Shown here: positions 60,296 through 60,962 of the stretch, in pieces
How the letters are laid out: the number at the start of each line of letters is the position of its first letter
Position numbering within the stretch: the first letter of the stretch is position 1
Virus record (IMG/VR): IMGVR_UViG_3300045922_000164
Location: 1 to 60,962 of that record
Reading direction: 5' to 3' (one strand)
DNA: 60,962 nt
Origin: a virus
Taxonomy: Duplodnaviria > Caudoviricetes
The notes under the pieces: generated by a model
Databases searched by the model: none
Seen by the model: the letters and a program-made list of their open reading frames with translations, nothing else
What the model was told of the DNA's origin: nothing
Made by a program: the position numbers and the translations under genes

Positions 60296-60962
60296 GGTTG
60301 GCGCCGCTGACTGCTGGGAGGGTTGCCGGGAACCGCGCATCCGGCACCGTACCGCTCGCGAGATTGGAGGCGTTCAGGTTGGTCAGGTTGGCGCCGCTGA
60401 CTGCTGGGAGGGTTGCCGGGAATCGCGCGTCCGGCACCGTACCGCTGGCGAGATTGGAGGCGTTCAGGTTGGTCAGGTTGGCGCCGCTGACTGCTGGGAG
60501 GGTTGCCGGGAATCGCGCGTCCGGCACCGTACCGCTCGCGAGATTGGAGGCGTTCAGGTTGGTCAGGTTGGCGCCGCTGATCGCCGGGAGCGCGGACGGA
60601 AACCGAGCATCAGGCACCGTTCCGCTCGCGAGATTGCTCGCGTTCAGGTTCGTGAGGTTGGCGCCGCTGCCCGAGAACGCCCCGGTGGCTGATACGTCAC
60701 CAGTGACTGACAAACCCGTCGCCGAGAACGTCGCTCGCAGGACCCCTTGAATCGAGACCGAGATTTGCCCGGCGGCCGGTCGGTAGAGGCCGCTCGAAGT
60801 CTCCGAATTGAACGAGATGGACGGGGTGCCAACCGTGCCGTCGGTGGCGCGGAAAGGTCCTGTCATCCCGCCTGCGCCGTTACGCGCGAGCGAGTTCGTG
60901 ATCTCCGCCGCTACGTCGTTCAGGGTGTTGTTCGCCCACGACGCCTGAATCAGCGTGTTGGG
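59199..60962 (-). CDS. Tail fibre protein 2 (5' end beyond the window)
   Basis: Frame stays open to the window edge (…ASWANNTLNDVAAEITNSLARNG…); C-terminal half shared with fibre 1. Confidence 0.85.
   Translation of the reverse strand, partial: PNTLIQASWANNTLNDVAAEITNSLARNGAGGMTGPFRATDGTVGTPSISFNSETSSGLYRPAAGQISVSIQGVLRATFSATGLSVTGDVSATGAFSGSGANLTNLNASNLASGTVPDARFPSALPAISGANLTNLNASNLASGTVPDARFPATLPAVSGANLTNLNASNLASGTVPDARFPATLPAVSGANLTNLNASNLASGTVPDARFPATLPAVSGANLTNLNASNLASGTVPAARLGSGTANAATFLRGDGVWTNGISGDYFRVFRDTFSGIEIRTPDQTVDTKTWYIITIGGNFHIRAYTDDFSSSQPAIELIRSGATITGWNFYVNNTSVISANNNRQVTISSPTSGTHTINGGFTSGGSILVNSTTGLPATVTSNNVAIAAGYSSPVAGRILFGDNTGWKLQFGRRNGGSESVIAELVDNGNIYIFNTAGVTYSWHVYQDHVVIGSYSNSYRFSLFQNGNIRLILDTDAKTYVVVDGMTNEIGFRRVPRTTDTTLNTAKVAQCIAVTAGVTIPANTYAAGDSFSIYNDSSSQITITQGSGLTLRQSGTTNTGNRTLAARGMATIWFNSATEAIVMGDVT
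60251..60670. repeat. 90-bp (30-aa) tandem repeat, ~4.7 copies, in fibre 2
   Basis: AGATTGGAGGCGTTCAGGTTGGTCAGGTTG at 60271, 60361, 60451, 60541 and a variant at 60631. Confidence 0.95.

Noticed and set aside
60251-60670. CRISPR array
   Set aside because: Contiguous in-frame 90-bp coding repeats with no unique spacers and no cas genes.
1-60962. tRNA, tmRNA or rRNA genes
   Set aside because: No cloverleaf, T-loop/CCA arrangement or rRNA-like sequence recognised by eye; a tRNAscan/ARAGORN run would be needed to exclude them.

Overview
The window is almost entirely one GC-rich, short-tailed (podovirus-like) dsDNA phage genome. The minus strand carries a virion and packaging arm (terS, terL, portal, scaffold, N4-gp56-type major capsid, adaptor, nozzle, fibres, 1-24.3 kb) with a solo TnpB element inserted. 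A plus-strand early operon (24.3-33.5 kb) is followed by lysis, replication and recombination genes and a 3,925-aa polyvalent ejection protein. The most striking locus is at 28.84-31.16 kb. There, a divergent retron-like reverse transcriptase is preceded by a ~300-nt densely structured non-coding region that holds a duplicated, covarying k-turn-like stem-loop and an msd-like hairpin. The RT is fused to an unknown C-terminal domain that recurs as three stand-alone paralogues directly downstream, and the locus follows a MoxR AAA / VWA-metallopeptidase pair. Two more large, promoter-preceded, highly structured non-coding regions occur at 24.34-24.68 kb and 35.44-35.85 kb; the latter is followed by ten G-tracts and a perfect palindrome. 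Two short ORFs with strong ribosome-binding sites are nested inside the giant gene. A ~1.5-kb tail-fibre cassette is duplicated at the two window ends with different N-termini and downstream genes, consistent with a co-integrate, a two-fibre genome or an assembly chimera. All calls come from reading by eye; no searches were run.
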